Shown in pieces: positions 22,205 to 34,868 of a stretch of DNA of 44,152 nt. The translations under genes and the position numbers were made by a program. The notes under the pieces are model-generated. The model was not told where the DNA came from, made no database searches, and saw only the letters and a list, made by a program, of their open reading frames with translations. The stretch is from Psammoneis japonica (taxonomy: Eukaryota). Positions within the stretch are counted from its first letter, which is position 1. Each line of letters starts with the position of its first letter. Location of the stretch: NCBI GenBank assembly GCA_008632985.1, contig QPGO01000224.1, positions 62,001 to 106,152 of the forward strand, written 5' to 3'.

Positions 22205-23924
22205 ATGCCAATCAGAACAACAAGTAGCAGCGACAATGGTGACTCCTGGTGGAGATTCGTCTCAACCCGCATGGCCTTTCTCATGGTCTCGTTGAGTTTG
22301 GGACAACTCGGTGATGGCCTCAACATTTTTCAGGGCATTTATTTGGTGGGCATTGGCTGGAATGAAGGGTCCGTCGGCACCGCTTTATCGCTCATGACAT
22401 TCACAGGCCTATTGGTCCAGCCTCTCGCTGGTGATTGGATAGACAAGGCGACTCGCATTGATCGTCGAGTCTTTTTGACGATGGCCAGCATTGTCACGGC
22501 CTTGTCGGCGTCGACCATTTTGCTAGTGCGAAAAGGAAACACCGATCACTTGCTCATTTATTGTTCCAAAGTGTTTGAAGGAATTGCATCTTCCTTTATT
22601 GGGCCCTGTCTGGCGGCCTTGACCTTGGCTTCCTTTGGCCCGGACCGGTTCGACGAAGTCATGGCGTCCAACATTTTTTGGGGCCACGTGGGTTCGGTTG
22701 TTGCGGCAGTCTTGCGGGCTTGTCGCATTTGTTTGCTTTCCGGAAATCAAATATTGCTTTTTAGTAATCGGTGCTTCGGCCCTGGTCGCCATTGTCTTTA
22801 TTCAGTCCTTGCCACAAGGTGATCCATTGTTGGGACGAGGACTTCAAAGCAACAGTAGGCAAAAAGGAGACGATGCTACCATGTATACCGAGAGAATAGA
22901 TAGTTGTTTGACGGAAGATAGTAGTGACGACGGCAGCACTGAGATGCAGCCGACGGAAAACTCACGCTTGGTTACTTCCAATGTATATCAAGACGATAAG
23001 GAAGAAGAAGCTCCTACAGCTGCTTCGTATTTGGAAGTCTTTTTGGATTTCAAAACATGTGTCTTGTGTTTCACAGGATTCTTTTTCCAGTATGTACCAC
23101 AATACTGTCTTACTTGAAAGCTTTTCAGTACCGAAGGCCATGAAATGTTACCTTGTCCTCTTCTCACAACGGTCTCTCTTGCTCGTTCGCGCTCTTATCT
23201 TATCACAGCTTTGCCAACGCCAACGTGTTGCTCGTATTGGGAGAGTTGATGGGTGGTCACGAGGATGATAGCCATTCTCCCAATCGCACCGCTATTCCAC
23301 TGACCGCTGGAGCCATCATCACGGCACAGTTAACCATGGCCCTGGCAACCCAGGTTGGCGACAAATGCACCACCATGGGCATTGGACGGAAAGTACTCTT
23401 CATGGCGGGAATTATCAGTCTACCGATCCGGTGTGCTCTCATCATTTTGTTAAAAGATGCCGGTGAAGTATACCTTTTGTCCACTCAAATTTTGGATGGC
23501 GTTGGAGGAGGACTCATTGGTTTGATCCACCCGTATCTTGTTGCGGACATTACCTTTGGTACCGGACGATTCAATGCCGTTAGTAAGTAGCATTGATTGT
23601 TTGCGCCCGGTCCTTTTTCAATTTGCCTTGTTTTTGCCATCCACCAATACCTTATTGCTTTCTAATATTTGGACTTGCCCTGTGTTTACAGTGGGCTTGA
23701 CCGCATCCTTCTTTGGTCTCGGAGCGACTCTCTCCAACTATCTGGGGCAGATGGTGGTTGAACATTTTGGACATATCGTCAGCTTGACCGGTTCTTTGTT
23801 TTTGTCAATTGTTCCCATTGTCTTGTTTTCGACCATGCCCGAGACGTATGGATGTCGCGGCGCTAGCAGTCCACCACCGGTGAAGAAAGTAGATGAGTTA
23901 TCCTACCAGACCATCTCCGTCTAA
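22205..23924 (+). CDS. Major facilitator superfamily transporter; introns 23090-23208 and 23583-23691; frameshift at ~22715
   Basis: AGDWIDK..DRR motif A-like segment and multiple TM segments. GT..AG introns splice in frame to give GFFFHFANANVLL and GTGRFNAVMGLTASFFGLGATLSN. Confidence 0.88.
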
Positions 23925-24559
23925 TGCCCTCCAGTTTTCTCTCATCAATTCCTGTCACTACCACGTTATCATCTATCTATGTAAACATGCTTTATTTTTT
24001 TTTTTGTGCTGTACGTGATACTATATCTTCTTATAGAGCGCGTTGCGCCGTCGAGAATGGATAGACATGTGACCGGTAAAACAACAGTTTTCGGTCCTTC
24101 TTGTCAGTGAGATTTGGCTTCTTAAATCAATCATGGCCTCTTATGTTTCCTCCTTCCTGACAAACACATATCTGTTAAAACCTTGGAATTAATGTCAGGC
24201 AACAATAAACAGGAAATGGAATGAGGTGGGCGACCGTCAACATTGGAGAGCGCGATTGATAATTCTAACGAGCGATGCCACGAACTTCTTTGGATTCCTT
24301 TACACACACGACTGGCGACTTACGGGCATGTGATGGAGGTTTTGTCCAAAACATAAATTGCCATTCTGCCACACACGAAATTCGATACTACTGGGATCAA
24401 CCCCTGCCGTAGTGGCACATGTACGAATCGGGAACTACCGGTATTCATAACGGAAATGAGTCTGAAACTTGAAGGAAAACCATGAGGCGCTTACATTCCG
24501 CCAAGCTTCTGTTGCTGCATCTCCCAAAAATGCCGTCGATGACGACGAACAGTCCATAA

Positions 24560-25700
24560 CTAATCAGGGAATGAGCAGTGGGCGCGGTGCATCCTTCCAT
24601 CACGCCTTGCGACAGATGTGTCGCCTCGATGACTGACGCAAATCGCCGTTCGCGTAACAATGATTTTTGAGCGGAGACCACTTGTTTTCCCACCACCTCC
24701 CAATGATTCCCAGCTTGTTGACAATCCAGGGGTTACCATCTTGATCCACGGCGACACGTGTCGCCTGGCCAGGATGCTGATTCAACCCAGATTCAGTTAA
24801 TTCATGGATGTTGCTGCCAAACTCTTGATCCTCTTTGCCGATGATGAAAACCTTTCCATCTTTGTTGGCACCAATGTCAGAGGCAAACGCTGATTTTTTG
24901 CTTTCCCAAACACGTTGTCCATTAGTGTGTTTTCGTTGACACACATCACCTTGTTTGTTGACAACCCAGAGTTCGTCATCTTTGCCAGCATCAATCCGCA
25001 CAGCCTGGCTTGTGCCACCCATTCGTTTGGTAAAGATGATTGCAGTAAATGCAACCCCCACATTGCCGATTCTCTCTTTCGGTGATGCAGTTGACACCAA
25101 GACCGCTTTTGGAACAGGCGATGTCTAGAGCAGTCTGGCCAAACGACCGGTCCTTCCAGTTGAGAATGAGCTCATCGGTCCAAGCCCTTCTGTGATGCCG
25201 ATTGAAAGCATCCTTTGAGAGATGACACTGGACAAGATCAGCGAAACTGACAATGTTCAATGTCATCATGTGTGTGCGTGCAGTCGATGTGAGCAATTTT
25301 TGAGCACTTGCCTTGTTGCTTGATGCCGACGCCCCAACCTCAACCACTTCAGAGACACAAAGGATGATTGAAGCCGCAAGGACCCAGCCACTGGTCCACT
25401 TTTTGTTGCCGAGTTTCATTGTTCCTTCCCGTCATTTTTGTTCTTTTCTTGTTTGCATGACAAGAGCACATTTCATGATTGGGCATCTCTGCCTCCAACA
25501 ACAAATGTTGGTCAACAATCATTGATGCCATTTTGTGGTCAGTGCAATTCATGCCCTGGAAGACTGTGACAGGTGCAGAGCCATTTGCCCCACCCAACAA
25601 ATGTTTGTTCCCATTGATGACTGCCCTTTCACCATGCAAAGAAAACTGGAAAGTGCTTTGGGTCGGCAATTCATCCGCTCAAGAGACTTTGCAGACAATT
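24560..25700 (-). pseudogene. Tectonin-repeat (beta-propeller lectin-like) gene, frameshifted and increasingly mutated toward its 5' end
   Basis: Repeats AVRIDAGKDDELWVVNKQGDV, ASDIGANKDGKVFIIG, PGQATRVAVDQDGNPWIVNKLGII.RW and ALDIACSKSG. Several frameshifts. The 5' limit is approximate. Confidence 0.6.
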
Positions 25701-26509
25701 TCATCCACATGATTGATCGTTGACAGCAGAGTTCCCATCCAACAACCTCCTCTGACTTGTGCTTGCTTTCTTGATGTCATGAACAACGAACAACCAACCA
25801 GAGTGATTGAGGTGTGAGTGAAGACAATGGAATGAGTGACTGTGGTGCAGCACAAAAAGACTCAAGATTGTCAGCAAAGGCTCATTTTTTAGAAAACAGG
25901 GTGGGCCATGGCCAATGGCCAGCAACACCTCTGGTCATGAGCTCTCTTTTTTCACAGTTTGCATCAATTTGCAGAACACAAAGCCTTCACTGATTGCTGC
26001 AGCCAGGCATCTTGCAAGCAGACATCTTGGCAGAACAATGCAAATGGGTGCAATCATGTTTATGATTGTTTTTCATTGTCAAAGTGCAGCTGAAACTTAA
26101 ATCAGAAAAAAGCGGGTGATCATGAAACACACAAGACAGAAATGTGGCCAATCACAGCACAGTCAAATGTGGGCCAGGAGCTGGAAGACCATTGAAGCTG
26201 AGAGAAGTCTGTGGTGTGGTGTCATGCTGCTCACAAATGAGAAGCCCAACACACAGCAGCAGCCAGTCTTGGTTGTCTTGTGAGCTGTGGAACTGCGCTG
26301 GAAAAGCCAAGCACCAAAAACAATCTTGTGATTTTTGGAGAGTTGAGCCACCTGATGACACCAGGCAGGGGTGAGCAGAGCTGGCTTGGGGTCGTGTGTG
26401 AGATGAAATTTTGAAGACACTTTGTCTTTTTGTTCATTTTCATCCATTGGTTTGCTCAAGCAAACTCAGCTCAAATTGCAAAAACCTCATCTCTCTGCTC
26501 ACTCCTGTG

Positions 26510-27162
26510 AATGGAGCCTCAAACTCAGTGCACACACCCCAAATCGATTTTCAGAAAAAAGATTTTGCTGTGTTGTTGGCATGTGCACACAATGGCTGAC
26601 CACTCATCCCTTGTTTGTGGCACATGTGGGCTCTTTCTGTCCATGAATGTCCACAAGACATTGCGTGCACTCTGCACTCTCTCTGCTGTCAGCTTGCAAG
26701 GTGGTGGAATAGAGAAAATTGGCCAAGGGTTGGTTTTTCAATGGTCTGTTTTTTTTTTTTCAACCAAAAATCACTCCCAAAACACCTTTGCTGTGCTTTG
26801 CAAAGCTCCATGGCCACAAAACATTGACAACTTAAGCACAGCCATCCTTGGTGTTGTCTGTTGCAATCATCATGTGCCATGAATGAAACAGACCCCAACC
26901 CCTCTGGCCACATTTTTTGTCATGTGTTGTTTTCTTCTCACACTGTTCTTGTTTGTTTTTTCACAAGCCCAAGCCATTTGCAAGGTGACTTGCTCAGATG
27001 TCCTTTTGCATCATCAAGGGTCAAAGAGCAGCAGAGAGCTGCTCTGACTGAAGCACACCAGACAAGGTGCCTTTCCAGCATGTCAAAAGTGGCAATTGTG
27101 CATTTTCCTCATGTTGTTGTCATGTGGCAAGAAAAAAGTGGCACTGAGTTCGAGGCTCCATT
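26510..27162. mobile_element. Possible decayed MITE bounded by 22-bp inverted repeats
   Basis: aatggagcctcaaactcagtgc (26510-26531) and gcactgagttcgaggctccatt (27141-27162) are reverse complements with 1 mismatch. Confidence 0.4.
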
Positions 27163-27912
27163 TTGCAGGGGTCTGTGGAGAAACACAAGAAAAACAAAGC
27201 ATTGGCTGAAAAGACATGAGTGTGCAAATGGATGTGGCAACAACACATGTGAAATAACCTCAATTGTCAAAAAAGGGCTGTGCCATGTCATTCACAGTTC
27301 CACAGCCCCCTGGGTCAGGGATGAGTTAAACCCAGAGCTCTCGTGCCTTTTCCTCTTTGTGCCAAATCTCTTCTTGAGCCACAGTGCAGGCAAAAGCAAC
27401 AAAATGTGGCAAGCTGGCAACAACAAAAACAGAGCTGCTTGCTGCTTCAGTCTGTGGCTTGTTTTTGAAGACATGCTGTGGTCATCAAGACACAGAACCA
27501 GCCACTGTGCAGACTGTGAGCAAGTGTCAACAACTTCCCCAGCAGCTTGCTCCACAAAAAAAGAGCCACAACAACAGCAGCTCACTTTGCAAAAGTGCAT
27601 GCCTTGCACATGATGGCAGTTCTTGAATGCCATGCTTTTTCTCCCACAAAATGCAGGAATGAGTTTCTTTTGAATGAGACCCACTGAGAACAAGGAGCAC
27701 ACCAAGCACATGACAAAGGCACACAAAACAACACATGAAAGCACCTCCTCTGTTGCAGCACTGACGAGTGTTGGTGCAAGTGTTCCTTTGGCACCAGGCA
27801 ATGACCATCCTTTTGTTGTGCATGTTGGTGTTTCTGCACAAGATCTGGTGTGGTTTCTGCTGGAGACAAATGTTTTTTCCAATGACCGACAAGGTCCATC
27901 TTCTTCACATCT

Positions 27913-28307
27913 TGACGGGTTCCAGTCCTAGGTGGGACTCCGTGTGACATTGGGCCCGTAGAATTCTACGTGCGAGCTCCGTAGTACGAGAATTTAATTG
28001 ATGGATATATTTATCTTCAACATCAAATAATAAACTGCCAAGTTTGTGGTACAATTATGCCTCTTGCCACTCGACGTTTTTGCAAATGCACCTGCCCTGC
28101 GCGATTCTTAAGACATCATAGAATCGCGCTGCAACAAAAAATGTCAAAAGTTGTTGGACGGATCGCTCAACAAGTGCACCGTAAAATGACACAAAATGTC
28201 GAAAAATTCACGTAGAAATCTACGTGCGCAACATACGACGTGATTTAAAAAACTGTCGATGTCACAGTTCAGCAGTGCGAGGTCCCACCTAGACCTGGAA
28301 CGCGTCA
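27913..28307 (+). mobile_element. ~395-bp MITE-like element, little eroded
   Basis: 26-bp TIRs tgacgggttccagtcctaggtgggac / gtcccacctagacctggaacgcgtca (3 mismatches). Retains CG and TA, unlike its flanks. A second copy lies at 36848-37245. Confidence 0.8.
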
Positions 28308-28330
28308 TGTGTGTGCATGTTCCATGGGTG

Positions 28331-30503
28331 AAAACTCCTGTTCCACAGCTCCCCTAAAACTCTGACCACCAAAAACCGAGGGTGCGGAAACGCACTTTTT
28401 GGAAGACAGCACACACACCAAAACATCACGCGTTTCAACAACTCGACCATGACAACCTCCCATTCTTCGTCCCCCACACCACCTGACATGTGCCCGCCTG
28501 CTGTTCCTGACATGGCAGTCTCTCCCATGTTGGCCGGTGCCGTTAAACCCACTGTTGTAACCCAAACACAGCAGATTTGCGATCCTGAAGTTTGGGCCCA
28601 TTTTTGCCGGATCCAAAATTGACCGTGGACGACATTGCCGCCATTTGTCATTGAGTGCTGCAATCAAGCACAATGCAACAACAAGGCGAAAACAACCCCA
28701 CTCGTGCTCCGACTGCTGTGGATGCAAGCGGGCCTGGTGGCAGCAGAGCAAGGCCATTTTGCTTGGAACAACAAAGGCACGGGATCAACCAACACCGATG
28801 CACTGGTCGATGCTCCTTGTGTGGGCGTGGGCATGGCAGAGGAGCATCCATGACAGGAGGCACGGTGATGACTTTTCTCAGGATGATCATTCCCAAGCAG
28901 AACCTCCTCTGTCTGGAGGTGATTGAGACTCACCCAGAGCCCAGTGGAGCTAATTGGAGCCAACAACAGGTGTCAAGATGAACTGCAGCAACATGTGAAG
29001 GAGGATGCAGCCAATGGGACACGGGCAGAGAAGGTGCCAGCATGCAAAGCAGCTGCATGGCTTTCGACATGGCACTGGTTTTGAAGGTCTGACAGTGACA
29101 AACACAGTGAGCATTTGCCAAAAGCATGTTGCTGCCTGCCTCCATTTTGGCAACTTACAAAAACAGCATGTTGTGCATCACATGCAGAGTTCAAATGGTG
29201 AGAGTGGCCTCTCATGGAATTGTGCACAATGACCCAGTCCTGGAAAACAGAGCAGTGTCCAAGTCACATGCACCACTTGAAACCTTGCCAAGTCACCTGC
29301 AAACAAATGCCAACTCGCCAGCCTCTCCAACTTGAAACTAAAAAAACTGTGAAAGCATGCCTGCCATCCAGTTGTTGTCAGGTTTCTAATTTACAGAGAG
29401 CTGCATGATGTGTCTGTACATTCTAAAGACAAGACTGCACTTGAGAGCCAACCAAGAGGCACTGTTCATGTCCATTGATGTGTCGTCCATCAACAGACTG
29501 TGGTTGCATGGGTTTCCTGGTCTGCCATCATCCACCGTGCTCCTTCCAAAGCAAAAACAATGACAGTGTCAACAGGAACTGCAGCAGCAAGGGTGGGATT
29601 GACAGTGTCGGGCATGCCAGGGGGCCGAAACGCAGGTGCGGTGATGGAATTCGTGACAGCATCTGTGGGAGGCGGCAGGGCGAGAATGAAAGAAGTGTGA
29701 GTCATTGGCACTTCATTGTGGGCATCATTGGCAAAAGACAATGACAGTGTCAACAGCACCTGCGGCAGTGAGGGAGGGAGCAACAGCATCGGGCATGCCA
29801 GGGGGGCGAAACGCAGGTGTGGTGTTGGAATTCGTGACAGCATCTGTGGGAGGCGGTGGGGCAAGAATGAAAGAAGTGTGAGTCATTGGCACTTCATTGT
29901 GGATGTCATTGGCAAAAGACAATGACAGTGTCAACAGCACCTGCGGCAGCAAGGGCAGGAGCAACAGCATCGGGCATGCCAGGGGGCCGAAACGCAGGTG
30001 CGGCATTGGAATTTGTGATGGCATCTGTGGGAGGTGGTGGGGTGAGAATGAAAGAAGTGTGAGTTGTTGGCATTTCATTGTGGACATCATTGGCAAAAGA
30101 CAATGACAGCATCAACAGCACCCGCGGCATTGAGGGCAGGAGCAACAGTGTCAGGCATGCCAGGGGCCCGAAATGCAGGCGCGGCTTTGGAATTCATGAC
30201 AGCATCTGTGGGAGGCGGTGGAGCATGCAAACAACAGTGTGAGTTTGCAGCATCTTATTTTGCATGTGTCACACCCACGAGAACCAGAACAATGACATCA
30301 CCTGTTGTGTCAGTGTTGTTGGCAATGGCGTCAGTGGGATCGGCGTCCTGGGAAGGAAATGGGGAAGAACCACGAGGCATCATCATGGTCGAGTTGTCAA
30401 AACGCGTGTTTTTTGTGCAGAGAAAAGAGCTGCCAAAAGTGCGCTTCTGTGCCCTCGGTTTTTGGTGGTCAGAGTTTTAGGGGAGAATGTGGTTCAGGAT
30501 TTT
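28331..30503. mobile_element. ~2.2-kb non-autonomous TIR element with ~150-bp imperfect terminal inverted repeats
   Basis: A perfect 34-bp inverted core ctcccctaaaactctgaccaccaaaaaccgaggg at 28349-28382 pairs with 30452-30485; weaker similarity extends inward. Confidence 0.7.
29551..30222 (+). repeat. Tandem repeat, ~181-bp unit, ~3.7 copies
   Basis: The unit start gcaaaa(g)acaatgacag occurs at 29551, 29731, 29912 and 30093. Confidence 0.92.
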
Positions 30504-31053
30504 TCCTGCTGCCACTGGCACTTGTGTGCAAATGCATGAATGTGTGTAAGAACATTTGCACAAAAACACAATGAACAAGACACAAACTGCCACATGACCA
30601 TGACATCACCATGTTCTCCCCTGCCACAGGGGTGAGGGTGGTGCGAACACCACTGAACTTTGCACTGGATTTTACGGAGGCCTGCATCGGGCTTCTGACG
30701 GGACGAACTCAACACCAAAAATTGTTCAATTGTCAATGAATTTCATTTCCAGAAATGTTCAAAAGTTCTGGTGGAAGAAAGACAGATGCCATTTTTCCAG
30801 AACTTTTGCTTTTTGTGCACATTGACAATTGACAACATGTTTGCACACAATGACGTCGGAGTTCGTGCCGTCAAGATTGCTTGTGGACTCGTCGCCGAGC
30901 ATGTGCATCCTGACAGACTTGCAGATCCTTGACTGCACCAGTGTCAGCAACAGCAATCTTTTGCGCTGTAGAGTCACACACGCAGATATGTGCAGAACAG
31001 CACCAAGACAATTGTTGAAAAGTCTGTCTGTCTGTCCTTAGTGAATTTTAACT

Positions 31054-31157
31054 TTGCGAAAAATGGACTTGACTGTTTTCTGATCAGGCGCATTTTTCTT
31101 CAATGCATTTGCAAAAATGTGCCTGACCCAACGACAGTCAAGTCCATTTTTGCACAA
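31054..31157. repeat. ~100-bp hairpin/palindrome
   Basis: aaaaatggacttgactgt (31059-31076) pairs with acagtcaagtccattttt (31134-31151). Inner arms tcaggcgcattttt / aaaaatgtgcctga. Confidence 0.85.
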
Positions 31158-33383
31158 ATTGTGTGAACATCACAGTTTCAACACAAAAACGTGTAGATTC
31201 CACAAGCGTCCACAATCCATTTCATGCTTTTTACATCACGGGTCATTTTCGAAAGATTCCTGTTGATGTCCCTTCCTGGTGCAAACCTGCACACATTCAC
31301 CACGCACCTAGATTTAGCAACACATTCTACGTGCAGATTGAAATCTTGCGCTTCTCCCTTCGCGACACTCATGATGCTTTTGGGCCAGGTTCTTTCGCAC
31401 GGCCAGTGTGATTTTTGAAAAAAAAACTCACGACCTGCAATTTTTCCGGCACTTGCTCAATTTCTCGCAACATGCACACTGCCATCCGTCACAGCTTGTG
31501 ACCACAAACTTGGTGCTCCCTTCATCAATTCCTTGGTCCTGCCACAAAGAAGCCCAGGACCACGGATTTCTCGACATGCTGGTCTGTCGGTCTGTCTGTC
31601 TGTCTGTCAGTCAATGGTGAAGTCTGACCTTCATCCGAGGGGGTCAGGCCGGATTTTCAGCATGATGTGTCACAGAGGGCACATGTTAAAAAGTGCATGT
31701 CAACATGAGCAGACTGCAGAAGATTGGGGTCTGTGGCAGTGGAAGGGATGCAGGTCAAGAGGAGTGTGTGGCGGTGGGAGAGCGCGCGCGCCAGCCATGA
31801 GATGGGGAAAAGTCAAAAGATGGGCCCAGGGTGTGGACAGATGCTGGATGGGAGGGGGGGGGGGGGGGGCATTGCAGACAGTTGGGTGTTGTGGGAGGAG
31901 GGTCTGGTGTGTGGGCTGGTGTGCAGAAAAGTGGTTGGAGAGGGCAAAGCCAAAATTGAGGCTGAGGATCTGAGAGATCCAAAGTTGGGGAGCAGCGGTG
32001 TTCCAAGACTGAGTTGTCATTTGTTTTTTCTGCTAAATCTGGGCACAATGCAAGACAATGCACATCATTTGGCAGCAGCTGTGTGGCTCATGACACAACT
32101 GGTGCTGACGCAGGTTGCACGGGGAAGGATGTGGTGCCAGACAATGTGCGTTGCTTGGCACCATCAGAGGTGGGAACAACTTGGGGGGTGATTCATTTTC
32201 CACGCAGGTGTCACCTTTTTGGTGGCAGGGCCACATTCCTCCTGTGCCACCCCACCCCTGGGAACACATGTTCTCACTGCCTGTTTTCTGTTGCTGTCCT
32301 TTGCTGCTGTCAGTTTGTTTGTGCTCTCCTGTTCCATGTGGCTGGCTCCAATTTTTCAGTTTTTGCTCAAGCAATTTTGCCATTGCCTGAACTTCCTTGC
32401 ACCACAATGTCATGTTGTCGATGTTTTTGCTGTGGTCTGTTTGTGGGTGCATGCTGGAGGCATTGGCACCCTCTTTCTTGTCGATGAATTCCCAGAACTT
32501 CCTGGACCAAATTTCATCGCGCTGGCTTTGGTGTCCTTGCTGCTGGATCTCATCTCATGTGCTTTTTTTCCCAATTCTTGGCATCTTTCTAGTCTGCACT
32601 TGTTCCAACCATGGTTTCTTCTCACCTGTTTTCCTTTCCCTGTGCTGCACTCAGCTTTGGGAATGTGCCCTGCTTGCTTGTTGGTCCTGTTTCAGCTCTT
32701 CTTTGGTTTTCCCATGTGCACATGCTTCCACTTGCCCCCCACTTGTTTTTTCCAGGACCAACAGACTGAATGCCTCATTGCTCACTGATGCCAGTTTGTT
32801 CAAGCAACATCGCAATTTGAACCAAAATGCTTCCACATGGTCTTCCCGACCACGATTTTGGCAGAAAGTGACAAGTGCAGCATGAGTGTGATTGCATGTT
32901 GTCCCTTCCTTTAAGCACGTCCAGTGGCAACATTGACCTGGAAGGTGAAAAAAAGAAAGCTTTAAAAAGCTGTCACACAAAGCAAGCTGCTGCAGCAGCA
33001 ATGGAAGAAGGACCTCTTCCTCTCATGCTGCCCATCTTCAAATGTGATTTGGTTGACAGACGATAAGCCCCAAGTGACCATGAACTCTCTGCCTCTTGTT
33101 TGCACTCTCTTTCTGATGATTTCTGTGTGTCTTTGCTTGAACAAAGTACAGCAGCAAATGGGGAAAGTCTGCAGTAGACTAGACTTCAAATAATTATGTT
33201 CACGCCCGGCGGAAATCCGGCAAGGCTTTGGTCCTACTCCGTGGGTGGGATTCAGGCTTGATTGGGGATTGCAGCAAACGGGATTCTACCATGCTTGCTT
33301 GCGTTACAAGCGCCCTTTAAATTAAGCTTGTGCAAACTAGAGATGCCATAAATCGTGTTTTAAAAATATAAAGTTTGTGCGAA

Positions 33384-34868
33384 CTAGATGCCATTGGCTG
33401 TGTCGTTGCTGCTTGCCCAGTCGTCGCGTGCTCGAAGACATTCAAAGGCCACCGCCACCGCACTCTCAGAATAGTGGCCGCTTTCGGGGTCCTCGTACAC
33501 TTCGAATGTTCTCTGCAACAGGACCGGCATGTCGTGCAAGGAGTCTTTCGTACGATTCGAGTTTTTCTTGAAGGTATTTCGAGCCGTGTAAAAGTCAATT
33601 GCTCGATCAAAATTGGTCCCTTGTCTGCACCAATCAATTTCAACATGGGTTAAAGAAGTGTTTCGCTCAAAGCCCAACAAGAGTGCGGGATGGATGGGAC
33701 CGGGTAGAGGGACATGGGACATGAGATCTGACTCCAGAAGTAAGACTTGAATGCCTTGAATGTTAGACAGAATTGTTCCCAGTTGCTTCTGCTTTTCGTC
33801 GAAACGATGACGCATTTTCATACCATGCAGATGGAGACACTCAAGGGTGTGGTGCGTCTCTCGGGCGAGGGCTTTCAAGATTGAACAGACATTACACCAA
33901 TGCAGTCGGTAGACACAGAGCGAGAGGCGCTTGATGCGTTTGTTGCGCATAATCCAACTGACAATATACGGCACACAACTGATTGTGCCGAAGAGATCCA
34001 GCTCACAGATGGCCAGGTGACTTTCCAGGTCCCGGGAGAAAACATGAAAGAAGTTGTGAGAGGGCTGGAAAATGATTTCCGGGTGGAGAGCAAAGCGGCG
34101 TAGTGTTGGCATATTTGTAATGGCCCGTTGCATTGCTGTCGCGAACAGCATTTCAGAGCGATTTTCTACCCACGATTCCAACAACCCAAAGTACTTGAGA
34201 TTCAAAAAAGGAGTCCCAGAGCCGAGTGTTGTGAGAAAAGGAACAAGAAATTCTTCAGCATCTCCGTACCAGACTTGCAACTCTTCCAGTTTTCGGACTG
34301 ATTTGACTGCGTATGCAATCGTCTCCGCATCATTGTGCAGTTCCTGTTGTGTCACCAAAACTCGCTGAGAAGCATGCAGCCCATATACTCGTAGTTCCAA
34401 TGACGCGAGCGAATCTCTTAAGGCATTCAAACAAAGTGCCAGAGTCTGGGTGATGAGTGATACTGTAGCCGTCAACCGAAGCGTCTTCACGTTTCCGTTG
34501 CGAGCCACAGCCGACAACAGATCAAGCATGCAAGCCTCGTTTTCGTCATCAATTAGTTCTACTTCTGATAGCCGTGGACTTGATGCAATGAAGCGCGAAA
34601 CTCCTCGAAGGCCGAATGTGGTTAGGATTTTGGAAGTCCCAACTGCTATTTTCGTAACCATCGAGTTCCCTTGTAAAGACCGACCCACGCGAATCGCATG
34701 CTCATCGGAAGGAGGGAGCGGATAGATGTAATCTTGATAAGTGTCAATGAAAAACAGAAGATCGACGTCGGTCGTTTCTGGGTCGTTGCTGCTCAACGCT
34801 TCACAGAGTTCAGAAAACTTCTGCTCGCCTTCTTGCTCTTGTTCTACAGCGTCTCCCTCGGCGTTCAT
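33384..34868 (-). CDS. RNI-like/leucine-rich repeat protein of a type expanded in diatoms
   Basis: Intact 494 aa ORF of normal composition. Degenerate LxxLxL repeats (N.NVKTLRL, SLASLEL, KLEELQV, TLECLHL, NTSLTHVEI), N-terminal L.SNDP.TT.V and C-terminal I.FY..RN.F. Confidence 0.7.
   Translation of the reverse strand: MNAEGDAVEQEQEGEQKFSELCEALSSNDPETTDVDLLFFIDTYQDYIYPLPPSDEHAIRVGRSLQGNSMVTKIAVGTSKILTTFGLRGVSRFIASSPRLSEVELIDDENEACMLDLLSAVARNGNVKTLRLTATVSLITQTLALCLNALRDSLASLELRVYGLHASQRVLVTQQELHNDAETIAYAVKSVRKLEELQVWYGDAEEFLVPFLTTLGSGTPFLNLKYFGLLESWVENRSEMLFATAMQRAITNMPTLRRFALHPEIIFQPSHNFFHVFSRDLESHLAICELDLFGTISCVPYIVSWIMRNKRIKRLSLCVYRLHWCNVCSILKALARETHHTLECLHLHGMKMRHRFDEKQKQLGTILSNIQGIQVLLLESDLMSHVPLPGPIHPALLLGFERNTSLTHVEIDWCRQGTNFDRAIDFYTARNTFKKNSNRTKDSLHDMPVLLQRTFEVYEDPESGHYSESAVAVAFECLRARDDWASSNDTANGI

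Noticed and set aside
8874..22800. Frameshifts in the kinase, viperin, SIT and MFS genes read as pseudogenisation or programmed frameshifting
   Set aside because: Most are fixed by restoring a base in a short homopolymer, motifs are intact, there are no premature in-frame stops after correction, and unrelated genes are affected alike. Long-read error is more likely, though reads are needed to confirm.
29551..30222. 181-bp repeats as a CRISPR array or coding repeat
   Set aside because: The whole unit repeats with no unique spacers, 181 is not a multiple of 3, there are no cas genes, and the context is eukaryotic.
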